The notes: a model not told the origin generated them from the letters alone. DNA of 64,000 nt from Lytechinus pictus (GCF_037042905.1 NC_087246.1:3784001-3848000), one strand, 5' to 3'; shown: positions 1 through 16,714, counted from the stretch's first letter. Numbers and translations: made by a program.

Positions 1-517
1 GGAAAACTTAAATACAACTGTAAAATAGATTTATTGTCATGGTATTCTCTGTAATTATATTTTGTGATTTGTGGTCTCTATGCTTCTCCAACCGAATTAT
101 ATTATGGTATATATAAGACAAGAAGTTAAGACCCGAGGAAAGAACAAAGAAGAAGGAACTGAAATAGCTTAATATTGCCCTATTCTACTACGTGTGTACG
201 TTCACAGCAAAAACTATGGCGTTAACCATAGAGGACCACACCAGTTATTTTACAGCGGTGTTGAATTGACAGTCCCGACCTTTCGTTCGAGAACGCGAAG
301 GCTTATTTACAACGGTAGATTTTGGAAGAGACTTTTGGGCCCGTCGTCATGGTCGTAAAACTCTGTCCTGCAATGCAATTTGTGTGACATGAGATTTTTG
401 TTCGTTTCGCATCTGGAAGGAAAACAATCTGCGTTCCGTGTGCAAAATTCTGGTTATATCCGATTTAGGACGACTTTCCAGAGCCACATTTGATTCCGCC
501 CAGAGCTCGAGAGGCCG

Positions 518-819
518 CCAGGGGGGCCACTTCCATTGAAGAGTGGATACCAGGCGCGACCACGCGTAAAAAGTGAAAGAGTGGGCAAGTACGTTACGTA
601 TAGGCCTATGTAACGTTATAAGGGTGTCAAAAACGATGTTTAAAATACTGAAAAGGGGGATATATATTTCCAATACTTGTAGGGTTTTACAAGCTAAATA
701 CTTGTTAAGGGATGCATTTTCATAATCTGGAAAAGACTTGCTTCCCTCGTTTAGGGTGATTTTCGAAACCCCATGGTCGCGCCTGGTATCCACTTATCAA
801 TGGAAGTGGTCCCCCGGGA
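518..819. mobile_element. MITE with ~45-bp TIRs
   Basis: GGGGGGCCACTTCCATTGAAGAGTGGATACCAGGCGCGACCA vs TGGTCGCGCCTGGTATCCACTTATCAATGGAAGTGGTCCCCC. Confidence 0.75.
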
Positions 820-1512
820 ATTTGAATCTAATCCCCCATTTCTGGGGAAAGTAAAACGTAATGCCCATTACATGGTGTGCTAGAGGCATATCGTTTGTGT
901 AGAAGGAGTAAACAAAAGAAAAAACCCGCAAATTCGACTGAAGTTCAGACGAATTTGGCCTACTGCATGCTGTGTACATATCAACGCATGCGAAATGGTT
1001 TCGGCTGGAGAGGTGATCTGACCCATGGAATCAATTGCCAGTGATCCACCAATAATCCACATTAAATGCAATATCGATTCGATGGACTGTAATGATCTAT
1101 ATCTAAGCCTTAATTCAGTAACTTTTGCCTCACTCAATATGTACTCGATTTGTTTGAAAAACCACTTTCTTATCCATATGTCATAATCTATACGATGATG
1201 ACTATCAGTCGTAATGTACATGGATGTATGGTGCGGGTGTACGTGTCGCGGGAAAGAATTTTGCACACGAAAAGCAGATCTGTAGGGCCTGTAACCCCCC
1301 TGTAACACAAAGCTTAGCATTGATTGTAGAGCAGTTTTCTACGTTTGATTCTATTGACAATAATGTACAATCAATCTTAAAAATCAAGTGTATGATTAAG
1401 CGTCAACTTTTGTGTAAGAAGACTCTAATATTAGCGTCCGTGAGGATTGCGAAAGGTCCCAAGTGTTAGTTTAACCATGGACCTATTCGTTATAGGTCCA
1501 TGGTTTAACACC

Positions 1513-4471
1513 CAGGGGCGGATCCAGCTTTCGCCAATAGGGGGGGGGGGCCAAAAAAAATTACCCATATTGTTCTACATTGTTCCTCCAAAAATTATTT
1601 TACAAACCTTACACCCCCTTCTTTCTCTCCCCTCTCTCTGTCCGTCTGTCTCTCTCCCTCTCTTTGTCTACCCTTCTCCCCATGTCTATCCACCTGATTT
1701 TTATTTGTTTCTTGAAGGGGTAGTCCTAACAGTCACTTCTTAGCTTTATTCTCACAAAACATAAATAAATAGTCTCTTATAAGCCCTAATTGAATAGTGC
1801 GAGCGCTAGCTATTTTTTTTAAAGGAAATTTTATGTATTTTGTCCTGAAAATTGAAAATTCTGAGCAACAATTGTGATTTTGAACAAGATGTGTATGTAA
1901 CTAAATAATTACTGCGAGCGCGAAATTTTTTATATATTTTTTTAAATATAGAAAACAGACCTTAAAGACTATTTGCAGTTACCCATGAAAAAGATACGTA
2001 TTTCAACAATCAAATAATGCGAGCGCGAAGCGCGAGCTGAACATTTTTTACCTAAGAATTTTACATTTTAAGCACTTTTTGTAATTAACAGGATAGGTAT
2101 ATAACTAAACATTTCATGCAAGCGCGAAGCGCGAGCTGAAAAATGAGATTTAGACATTAAAACAGGACACACTACAGTGCGTATAAAAAAAACGGGACAG
2201 ATTTGAAAAGTCTATAAAATTTTTGTTTTAAATTATGATGTCTATATTTTGGTGTAAATAGGTGCTCTAAGGTCTTATCTTTGAAATGCAATTAAAAAAA
2301 AATTGTTCATGCTTGAGCGAACACGGGACGTTTTTGTTGGGGTTCAAAAAGAGGCTTGCGCCAGAATTGCAGAATACGAGTAATATGATGATCAGACTTC
2401 TTGCTAATTAGGAGACTTCCTCTTGACCTTTTCATTATCTGTGCCACAATTTTCGAATTATGCTGTCAAATTTTATTTACAAATTTATTTATTTACTTGA
2501 ATTATTTTGTTTTTTATTTAAACTTCTCTTACCTTTTAATTTTCCTTCATAAGTAACTGAGAAAAGAAGATTTTTTTGTCAACCCAAGCAAGAAGATTTG
2601 CATTAATTGGGAAAACTTGTGATTATTCAAATCATTTCATTATGTGAAACAAATTATATTATTTACCTTTAAAAGACATGAATCTATTTTTCAAGGGGTC
2701 ATTGATTCCTTGACCAAGTTCAATTATATGCTTGACAAGAAACACAGGAAGGGATTCATGTCTTTCATAAAATTTATTAAAAAGTTGTGAGCGAGCGAAG
2801 TGAGCACGCAAATATTCCCACTTTTTTATTACAATATCAAGTTTTGTGATAGATTTTGACATAAAATTCAGAAAATAATATCATATTTTACTTTCTATCT
2901 TTCCTTTTATTTCCTGTTCACTTTTTTTCTTGGTCATGATTTTTTTAAATTGAGGGGGGGGGGGAAGCATCCCAAGCTCCCGCACATCTGTGTGGCACTG
3001 TTCAAAAGGCACCATAATCTTTGTAGCACACAAAGAAAGGATTCGAAAAAAAATCCACGCTCTCCCATACTTCGGTTGAAACAAAATTGTTTTAGCTTGA
3101 AGAAGGAATATTCAAAGCTAACAGAGAGCATATTCAAAAGAAACAACAACAGAACAATTCAAGCAAAAAAATAGATCTGAAAATGAATTTTGACCGCATG
3201 ATTTGAAAATTATGGCAAAGATAATGAAAAGGTTAAGAGGAAGTCTGCTAATTAGCAAGAAGTCCGATCATCATATTTATAATTTTATGCCATTTTGGCG
3301 CAAGCCTCCTTTTTAACCCCCGACAAAAACATTCCGTGTTCGCTCAAGCATGAACGAAACAATTTTTTTAAATAGCATTTGAAAGATAAGACCTTAGAGC
3401 ACCTATTAACACCAAAATATAGACATTATAATTTGAAACAAAAATTTTATAGACTTTTCAAATCTGTCCCGTTTTTTATACGCACTGTATTCATGTTTAG
3501 TAAATCACGAAAAGGATGATTATATAATTGAGTATCTTCCTACATTAATAATTCAAGCGCGAAGTGCGAAAATACATTTTTTGATATTCTGATATGAAAC
3601 TGGATAATTCAAGCACGTTTTGAATAAAGAACAAACTGTATTTATTGTGTGCGCGTGTTTTTGAGATTTAGATCTAGAATCTGGGCATTCTAAATACATT
3701 TTTTTTATAATGAAAATCAATAATGCGCAAGCGCGAGCTGAAAAAACAATTGATGGTGATTTGAAAAAGGTCAATTTATGCACTGTTTAAAGCATCGTAG
3801 GAAAAGTGGATATGGATCGTACTTCACAAATGATGCGAGCGCGAAGCGCGAGCCAATTTTTAAAATTATTATTCAAACCAATTCAGCACCCGGGGAAATT
3901 GTAAGGACATTTTGTCATCATATGAAAATGACTATTCTCCTTCCTAAGCGCGAGATATAAAACTTGTCAATATTGACATTCCATTCTAAAAAGGGACAAT
4001 TTAATTATAAAGGAATTCATGAAATTGTTACCTTATTCATAGAGCTATTGCCTTATTATCAATCTAACATTAATGAGAGCTCGAAAACTGTTGAAAATAA
4101 GGCATGAAAACCGGACATTTTAACTATTTTTAAAATATTGTATAACGGTCTACTTGTGCACATAATTATGGTAATCCTCCTATGCAGAGCTAGTCGGCCG
4201 TTAATGGAGTGCAGGAGACCCATGTGCAGGAGAATGTCTAAGTGCGCGCAGTTGCGGTACGTGTGAACCAACAAAATGCGGTGCCACTGCGAATAGGCCT
4301 GTGGGGATCGGGCCGGCCGTTATGAGGCCGTAAATTAAACATGGGTAATACCTCCTTCGTACTTTTCTTTCTGTTTTTCAGCGTTTCTCTCAAGTTAAAA
4401 GGACATTTTTTTGGTTGCCAAAATATAGGGGGGCCGGGGCCGGCTCGCCCCCCCCCTTGGATCCGCACCTG
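1513..4471. mobile_element. Probable hAT-like non-autonomous element containing the Tc1-like insert
   Basis: CAGGGGCGGATCCA..TGGATCCGCACCTG ends with G/C-run subtermini; no TSD seen. Confidence 0.55.
2175..3487. mobile_element. Tc1/mariner-like non-autonomous element
   Basis: TA|CAGTGCGTATAAAAAA..TTTTTTATACGCACTG|TA with long imperfect TIRs. Confidence 0.88.
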
Positions 4472-4519
4472 AGTCAGCTATAGATGTTATTACAACACCT
4501 TTGGCTGTTACATTATACC

Positions 4520-6716
<2,197 letters not shown>

Positions 6717-7143
6717 ATTATACCCTCTTTGATGTTATGTTCAATCTCTAGGGTGTAATTTTAACACCTCATCAGGGTGTGTTCCTCTAAAACACCAACT
6801 AGTGTCAGTTTTAACACAATAGTTTTTACAGTGTTGTGTGTGTTCGTGAGGGTGTGGGTGCGCGTGTAACGGTGTGAGTGCGGGGTTGGTTTTGTGTGTT
6901 TTATGGAGAGAGAGAGGGGGAGGGAGAGGTGGATAGACATGGGGAGAAGGGTAGACAAAGAGAGGGAGAGAGACAGACGGACAGAGAGAGGGGAGAGAAA
7001 GCAGAGGGGGGGGGTGTAAGGTTTGTAAAATAATTTTTGGAGGAACAATGTAGAACAATTCAATTATTATTTTTAAAGAGGGAGAGAAAAGGAAAATAGT
7101 TACTTAACTCTCTAATAAGAATATTATACATGCTGTAGATGCC

Positions 7144-7600
7144 GGTTACACTTCGTAATTCCGAAACGCATAAATTGCCTATACCCCGATGTTCGTTAAT
7201 CCGAAAACTTCAAAAGGGTTCGTTAATCCGAACATTTGTGGCGTTATTCCGAAGGTTCGTTATTCCGAAGGTTCGATAATCCGAAAACGAAATAAGGTTC
7301 GATGTTCCGAAGGTTCGTTAATCCGAAAACGAAATAAGGTTCGTTGTTCCGAAGGTTCGTTAGCCCGAAAACGAAAGAAGGTTCGTCAATCATTTCGTTT
7401 TCGGACTAACGAACCTTCGGAATTACGAACCTCACTTCGTTTTCGGACTAACGAACCGTCGGAAATACGAACCTCATTTCGTTTTCGGACTAACGAACCT
7501 TTGGAATTGCGAACCTTCGGAAATACGAACCTTCGGAATAACGAACCTTCGGAATATCCGAACCTTCGGAATAACGAAGCTTCGGAATTACGAATGTATG
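7144..7600. mobile_element. Palindromic MITE built from TTCCGAAGGTTCGTTA subrepeats
   Basis: Left-half repeats inverted in the right half around ~7388; ends TTCGTAATTCCGAA..TTCGGAATTACGAA; absent in unit 2. Confidence 0.8.
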
Positions 7601-8709
7601 CGGTAGAGGTTAATATATATCTTATTGTATATGGACAGGTTCTCACAGCTTTCATTTTGTTAAACTATGTAGGCCCATCCACAAATTATTGCGATAAATA
7701 CAATTCTTTTAAGTTACTGTTCAGATTTTGGAACATTTTGCATGCATAAGTGTTATTTGTTACATTATCTGATTATACTGGCCATTGGTATTTGTTATTG
7801 ATTACAATATAAATACGGAATGTTTCATGGAATATTGCATATAAAATCAAAACTTCAGCGATGCATGGTCCTAATAACCTAATTTTTATGTTTTAATGAG
7901 AGACATACAAGTTGCAGTGTCGGCTAAAACTGCTAACAATATTTTCATGAAAGTCCAACGATATTTTGATCAGAATATAGGATCAGAAATGTATTCATTT
8001 TGAAATGCTTATATATATGAAGTTAAAATCTGTTAAGTTAAAAAAAGTTTTTTAAAACTAATTCTTTAATAAAACTTGCACAATAGAGGACACAACAATT
8101 TAGATTTTACAGGAAAAATCTAAATAAGGTATTTGGATTCCTCATTCATTGGGATGGAAAATAAGTAGGCCATGCCAATATCGTGAATGATTAATTATTT
8201 TCAACCAGTATATCAAAGCAGCAAACTATGAATTGAAGCAGAGATTTTAGAGGTCGCAAAAAATAAGAAACTTTATTTTTCTTTGAACTAAAATGTAAAT
8301 AGGTCTGAAGTAATTTATATGAATATAATTGAATAATGCGATAACTGATTCTGTAATTAATCATGATATAAAATAAATAATCGCCTCCATGCTGAATGTA
8401 AATCACCATAATGGCAACCCTTAGTTTGTGTAATGATGATTATCTTGTTTGTTTTATGTAATTAGTGGCACGCGTTGTGGCTTGTCCCACACGGCAACTA
8501 GTTCTTAATTGTTGATAATGCACGAAAGCGTTGATTCTCCCCAAACTTATCATACATCAGCGATTATCTTATCTTCTAATCTGGATAAAGATCCGATTTT
8601 AGCGTAATTGTTGCAGCAGCCGTTAAGTTTCTCACGAACCGGGAAAACATGGGTTTTTTTCTTACGAAGAATTTGATTTCTAATTTATTTGAATCGTTAC
8701 ATCGGAAAG

Positions 8710-8774
8710 ATGAGGAGCATCTTAGTGGTTCTAGCTCTAACCGTCTCGGCCTTTGCGGCCAAGGACTACAGTGG
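8710..8774 (+). CDS. Carboxypeptidase copy 1 exon 1 (signal peptide)
   Basis: [22 protein letters not shown] then gtaagt donor; conserved in copy 2. Confidence 0.9.
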
Positions 8775-11700
8775 GTAAGTTCAAATTATTTGCATATTTT
8801 GAGAAAAATTAAAGAATTGATCAAAAAACCGTGATGACGAGAAGACGTATCTCTGGAAATGGATCTATTGTCAATAATCAGAGCAAATTATAAAAAAGGT
8901 AAGATAATCAGACAAGCAGACTGTTACATAATTTTAATTGGACAAACGTAATGGATTCTGTAGTTATTCAATTCATAATTATTTAAATACTTTAATTTTA
9001 TATTTACCCAGGCCCTTTTTTTAATATTTAGCTTGTCATTTGTACGATCTTGATCGATTTTGAAGGTCATACTACTGCCTTGAATTCTTGCAATCTAATT
9101 CTTTATAAGCACCACTCGCATTTATAATCTTCTCTTTGTCATGTTTATTTTATACTCGTTCTTTTGATTTTCACTGTGCTGATGTCGATATTCTCGAGGC
9201 ATTCTTAAAGGGGTGCTATATAGGATGAGAATTATGTTATTTGAATAGATAAAAATCAGACAACACAATACTAAAAATTTCACAAAATCGGACGAAGAAT
9301 AACAAAGTTATTGCCATTACTTCATTAACTATAACTTCATTATTTTCATCTGATTTTGATGTATCTTTCTGCGTTTTGTCGTTGAAGTTTACTAAATTAA
9401 TTCAAATATCATCAAAGATATGTATGAATAAATGAATAAGAAAGGATATTGCATGACAAATGTGACTTCTTATATTTTTAGTCAACAAAATCGTAATACA
9501 AAATCTAATAGATTAGACGTGAAGACCTAATTGTGTTCAGAAGTGCTCGCTCGCTCGCTCTGTTCTTCAGTTAGTAATATGAATAGTTTTTTATTAGTTA
9601 TGATTATTTTTCTTCGCATTTAATTTTAACTATGTTTAATTCCGATGAAATCTGTTTTTGGATGCTCTATAAACGCGACTTTTAAATCTGAATTTTCAAA
9701 AGGTCCCTATAAGCGTCGGTCGCTTGTATATAGCTCTCTCGCCGAGAATCTCACACTGTCAAGAAATTGTGCCCCTTCAAGACTTTGCCACCCCCAAAAT
9801 CATGATAATAATAAATAATAATAATAATAATAAATAATAATAATAATAATAAATAATGATAAATCTAAATGTATTCAGAAGCGCTCGCTCGCTCTGTTCG
9901 TAATTAGTAAAATTAATAGTTTTCATAAGCTTTGATTATAGTCCATCGCAGTGAATCCTAGATTCCTAGCTATAATTAATTCCCACTGAAATTTGTTTTT
10001 GGATGCTTAAATCCATTTTTTTTTACAAAGGTCCCTACCGAGGGTGGGCTCCTACGCCCCGCCCCCGCTCGCTCGCTTATATAGCTCTCTCGCCGATGAT
10101 CTCACACTGTCAAAAAAATTGTGCCTCTTGAAGATTTTGCCACCCCCCTAAAAAAAAAAAAAATAATAAACAAAAGTGTTCTTGCGCGCCAGTGGAAGAG
10201 GTTTATGTGTCTCGAGAATTTTTCACAGATCTGACATTCTTTTGTAGATCTGTGAAATGACCGGTAAATGTATATACAATCAAAGCTCTATTATGCTTAG
10301 GCCTAGCTGTATCTCCCACAACATTTTTGTCTCTTTCATCCCGCTGATAGATACCAAGTTCTTCGTGTTACTCCTGGTACGGATGAACACAGACAATGGC
10401 TGAGGGATATGGAGACCAGTATGGCCGATGAGGTTTGTATATTCATTTTCCAATCATCTTCATCAATGATTATAGCAGGGAATTATAACAATTCCTAACT
10501 TTCAAGATAAACATTTGATTACCCATTCTAAATCAAGAAAGAGGTCTATTGAGATTGGCATTTGTTGCATGCTTCTAAAGCAAACCATGTGAACGTAGTT
10601 CATGGGAATTGTCTGATTAGGTGTGCGGCTAAAAAAATATAGGGCAAGAAAACAAGAAAGGCTAGGTAACTTGCTTTTTAGAATTTTTGACTACTTGAAC
10701 TTGCATCATAATTATGTTTTGATTTGTATGCTTTTACGTAGATCTCTTTGTTTCATCGATACAGTCCCAATGTTTGTTTTGTTACATTACATCGCAGTTT
10801 ATACAGTGCGTATGAAAAAAACGGGACAGATTTGAAAAGTCTATAAAATTTTTGTTTCAAATTATGATGTCTATATTTTGGTGTTAATATGTGCTCTGAG
10901 GTCTTATCTTTCAAATGCCATTAAAAAATTTTAGTTTCGTTCATGCTTGAGTGAACACGGAATGTTTTTGTCTGGGGTTAAAAAGGAGGCTTGCGCCAAA
11001 ATGGCATAAAATGATAAATATGATAATCGGACTTCTTACATTTTTTAATTGCATTTCAAAGACAAGATTTCAGAGCATCTATTAACATCAAAGTAAAGAT
11101 GTCATAGTTTGAAACAATTTTTGTATAGACTTTTCAGAACTGTCCCGTTTTTTTCTGTATAGGGCATATCATGGAAGTACTTCCCTGGGTATATATATAT
11201 TATATATATCGGTTGATATTAATGTTTTTCTAGTTATAATTTTCTGCATGCTTGCTTTTTACGCATTGAAATATCAATAATAATTATCTTTCAAATAATT
11301 ATCTTTAAAAAAAAATCACTTCAAAAAGATTAACTTACTACTTGAAATGATTCAATAGCCATACTTCACAGATTTCCTGAAAGCGTTATCATAACTCCAG
11401 CTCGACACCGTATCTATCATGCCAAGCTAGACATTTAGGCTAATTTGACAAAATGCAGACGTGTGGAATTTACAGGTCTAATCACGGAAGATTATTGTAC
11501 AGCTTGGCTTTCCATAAAGATGACGTCGAGTCGAAGTTAAAAGCTTGAACAGTTTATAAGTTATTGATCACAAAACTTAATACTTGTTAAACGCATGGCT
11601 GGTTAAAAGACAATATTGCCATATAGTAAGTTGCGATTCATTTTGTCATTTCGAAAGACGAATACGAAGGTTTTTGATAATGTCGGATGTCCAAAAATAA

Positions 11701-14700
11701 TAACTGATATGGGCAAAATGACAAACAAAATCAAATGCACAAACAACAACAACAATAACAACAACAGGAAAGGAGATGTAAATGTCAAAATACATTCGCA
11801 TCGGTCTCATAAAGGATGTTGAATAAATTAATGTTTAATTAGGTTTCATTATCAATCTGTTTTCTCAGTTCATATTATTTGATTAGAAAAATGTGATTGA
11901 ATAACATAATCATTGTCATCCAGTCAACAAATGAGGAGGAAGAGGAGGATGCTGAGTAGAAAAACAGGAAAGGTTTTAAGGGTATACGCCTTCTTTTATA
12001 TACCTAACATGTACATATTTATATTCTTCATGACAAAATGATTTTTGTATGAATTTATGTTTCGGAAAAGTGTATAAATTTTTAAAGTGGAAGAAAATAA
12101 ATGTTCATTTGAATTTATTTGAATTGAGTTTAAGGATATAAATGAGAACAATGATGATGATTTATAATAATAATAATATTAACAATGATGATGATGATAA
12201 TAATTATAATAATAATTATAATAATAATAATGATAATAATAACACGAAGAAGAAAATAAAGAGGAGAAGGAGGAGGAGAAATAATGAAGGAGAAGTAGAA
12301 AGGAGTAGAATATATAAGAGTCAATTAAAAGAAGGAATAACAAAGAAAACTGCTAAAAAAATATTGTGGTTCTGACAGCTCGACTTCTGGTCTGACATCA
12401 AGAATATCCCGGGTAGTACAGTGGATATCATGGTACCAAATCGACTTCGATCCAACTTGCTAGATCTCTTCAATGTTAAAAGGATGCAAGTTAGCACTAT
12501 GATCGAGGATGTCGGTCAACTTATCCGTGATCAAGAAAAGGAGAGGATAGAACGACAGGTTTATACTCAAGATCTGAGCACATTTGACTATACAATATAC
12601 CACGATTACGATGAGGTAAGCATTGCATAATCATTCACTCTGTTATCTTCTATATTAAAGAGAAGAAATAAGAGATGGTTGATAGAGGGGGGGGGGGTGG
12701 GGGACACGCCCCTATGACTCTCCAAGAAGTTAAAGTAAAAGGAGGAAAGGAATATGAAGCAAGAAGAATATGGAAAAGAGAGGTTTTCGTCGTTCAACTC
12801 TACTTTAGGGAGTTTTCACAACACTAAGCAGACTTTCTGGAACGTAGAGAATATATTGTCAAAAGATCTTCACGACAAAGAAGTCTTTGTCAGAAGTCTT
12901 TGTCGAAAATCGGTGAATCAAAAACGTCCTTGACTCTGGACAAATGACATATTTGCAGTTTTTCTTCAGCTCAGAAGTTTTCGGCGATCAGCTGTCCCGG
13001 TTCACCAATTTTCGACAAAGACCTCTCAGCTGTTACTTTGTTGTAGAATCCCTTCCATTTCAATCGCAAAACTCGTTAATACCCCTATTATTCAAATGAA
13101 GAAAATGACGGCATCTTTAGTTCCCCCTATCGAAATATACTAGTGCTACCCCAGGTTGGCTTTCTTATTCTTCGTTTTCTTTGTTTGGTTTCGCTGGCAA
13201 CAGTCAAGAAATTACTATTTTTGCCAATACATACATGTAAGTAGATTATTTACCAGGTCGACGTTACATATCTTTAACAAGCTTTGTATTCACGATACAA
13301 TACTTAAGTAGGTAGGACTCGCGAGTCCGTTCTAGGAAACGGGATTATTTAAATGATTCAGGACTTGTTTCAAATATACCCCTCTTTTTAAACACCCATC
13401 ACCGTTTCACCCTAATCACTTCCACTTTTATTTAGAGCGGCTACCTTTAAAAAAAAAGTATAATATTAGATAGAATAATATATTTTTGGAGAAATTATTA
13501 ATAAACCCCAACTTTCGAGTTTATCCTTTATTGGTTTCCATCTTTTTTTCTTCATCTTTTGATTGCATAATGTTTAAAATGCAATGATGGCTTTACTTAA
13601 CTAATGAATCTTTCTTCACAGATCCAACAATGGGTTGAGGATATTGTTAACGAATATTCAACAATCGCAACCAGCTTCGAACTCCCTAAAACATCGTACG
13701 AAGGTAGAACTATCTCTGGCATTAAGGTAAGAAACAAATTTTATGTAACTATTATGGTCACTCATAATAAAAAAAAACTATTTTGATGATAAGTAATAAT
13801 GAGATAGCTGATTCGACATTGTGTTGCAATGTAAATATTTGGAAGTTGATATTCTTTGTAGAGAATAATAACTATTGAAAAACACTGTATGTATAACTGA
13901 ATTTTAATAGGCATTTTTAGAATAGACATAATTATATCATTTTGTCATGTCACTGGATTGTAAATATAGATAATGTGATGTGTTTATTGCTCTCTTGCGC
14001 ATAAAGACAGGTAGACTCGTATATTAAAAAAAAACGCAGTGTAAAAAAATGTCCCCGTCTCGACCCCCCCCCAAAAAAAAAAATCCAACAGTTTTTCTCC
14101 GTGCTTTAAGTGCATGCTTGATACAGTTCGTTTTGTTATTATTTGAGAATGACAGATTATTATCTGCAATCAGAATAACTTTGGTATATTCTTTAAAGTA
14201 TTTCAGTTAATTTCTTCGAATGATTGTTTAACGAGTTTATTTTGATCATGTAAATCTTCAAAAAATATAGATCGCATCAACCGGTTAATAAAGTAGGCTT
14301 TAGTCAATCCTAAGCACTCGCGTGCTAAGGGGGGGGGGGGGGTTGTAACCCTAATACGAAGAAAAAGAAAGAAAATGAAATGGTAAGGATGCTATATGAA
14401 AACAAATCGCAAAATAAGATTTTCAATAAAAATTGTCAAATTATTCGCTCGCTAATTTTATACCCCCTCAACTCATTACGCCACTGAGTTCCTCTATCAA
14501 TTGCTTGCATGAAACAAACCTCAATGTCTCTTATAGATCCGAGGAACAGGTGGGGATTCAGGCACTCGTAAAGGGGTGTACTTTGAAGGAGGTATCCATG
14601 CCAGAGAATGGATTTCACCGGCTACACTCATGTACATCACAAAATTAGTAAGATTGAAATTATTGTGATATAGTTTATTTACTTATCTTGTTTAATCCTG

Positions 14701-16714
14701 ATTAAGAGAAATGACAATATTAACATTTCAAAGTTTTGATTGTGAACAATTTCAACGTGGAAAACCCGTAAGAGCATGGATCGCTATTGAATATAAAAGA
14801 AAATTAGAAAATCTTATTTTAGATCTCAAATTTTGAATAATGTAGGAATAAAAAATGATATAATAACAAAATTATAAAATTGTGTTTTAATGTTTCATGG
14901 TTGTTGATTAAACAATCAAATTACAACGTGCATGCTGATAAACCAATATCATGATGAGGTTAAAGGTTTGATCTGATCTTAATCAATACTGTTCTTTTGT
15001 TTCCTGTAGCTCCTTGAAGACTATATGGCAGGTGATGCTACAGCCCTAAGGTTCTTTGACACGTTAGACTGGTACATTGTACCTTCTCTCAACGCTGATG
15101 GATACACATATACCAGAACAGATGTAAGATTTCCTTTCACAACAATTAATCATCATTATCATTAATCACCATAATAATATATTCGGCATACAGTATGTAC
15201 TACTTTATACAATATTTGTAACAATTAAAGCCTACAGCTGGGACAGCGGTCCCAAAACCAGAAGGTCATTAGTTCGAATCCTACCTTGGCGGCATTAATT
15301 TCCTTTCGCAAAAAATGAGCCTGTAGATGAGGACTTGGCAGAATTCTATTCTCTATTATAGTGTATATATATATATATAAATAATAATAATATGTCCATT
15401 TATATAGCGCAGTTACTATGTGCATATACTCAACTGCGCTTTGATACTTGGTATCATAATTATTACCCCGGCTGTAGCTTAGCCGCCATATTAATAGGCG
15501 CTAAAGCGTTCAAGGAATATATATATATATATATACGTTTTAAGTGCTATAGACGAAAGTATAATTGGTATCATTGTCATATATGCCTGGTATCACAAAT
15601 AGCCATTCTCATAATTAATATACGTTACTGAAAATTTATCATTCTCACGTTCTTTTTAACGAATTTGGAAATAAATACTTGAATTGAATTTCACTCAATC
15701 TAAACGTTTCAATAAGGCAAATGTCTAGTGATAATAATGATGATAATATGAAAGTTCTAATTAACCGGAATGAATCGCGATATCATGAGTAAGCACAGCG
15801 TGTGAAATAAAATTTTTGTGGTAAAAATGATATTTAATAATATGTACCCCTTAATTATCAAAAGGGTTACTCCGGTCTCAAAATAATTAACACTATAAAA
15901 GAATTTGGTTATCATGAAGAATACGCATACCTAAACAATTAATGCTTCGCGCTCGCACTATACTTATCTAGGCCTTAATTTGATTACAAAAATAAAGCTT
16001 TTAAAAATGTACGTGATTTTCTGTCTTTAGGGCTGCCTCCCCCCGAAATTTTTTTTTTAAAGTAAAAATAAAAGCCTTAGCTCTTCGAGTGGCCGATTTG
16101 GGATAGTGCGGATGAAGTTTTTTCCCGCCTACACCCCCCCCCTTTTGGCAAAAGCTGGATATGCCACCTTCAACAAAGTATTTGATTTAGTCGTTCCCAA
16201 AATGTATCAAAAGCCTTTATATTTTCTATAGACATGGTAGAGAAGAAGTGAAGAAATTGAATCATTGAGGTTTAATCTTGGTAACAGTAGCATCAGTACC
16301 GAAAGTAGTATAACTTCCTCTTGTTTATCATTCTTACTTTAGGATCGGTTATGGCGCAAGACCCGCTCAAATAACGACGTCACAGGTTCTGGTTGCATGG
16401 GAACAGATCCTAATAGAAACTGGCCATTTGAATGGGGAGGTAAGACTATCATAATGATAATAATTATAATGATAATAAAAATGATATCATAATAATGATG
16501 ATATTATTAATATCAATAATAATTTTGATATGATAATAATAGTAATACAATAATTATAGTACACGCTTAATATAGTTGGGCAAAAAATTCCCAACTTTTA
16601 ACCAACCCTGGGCAACATACTGTCCACACAACTTTTGGTTAAAATTGTCCGACTTTGGTAATAAAAACTAATAATTGGGTAATAAATTTGCTAAATTGGG
16701 TAATAATTGCCCAC

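Noticed and set aside
347..1320. 148-aa and 146-aa ORFs
   Set aside because: No recognisable domain; the first overlaps a MITE; no supporting exon structure
7189..7600. CRISPR-like short repeat array and the 186-aa ORF
   Set aside because: No unique spacers, the halves are inverted, no cas genes and eukaryotic context; it is a palindromic MITE and the ORF is a repeat artefact
15230..15310. tRNA-like sequence (gttcgaatcc), also at ~35655-35725
   Set aside because: Degenerate; most likely an old SINE head in intron 6
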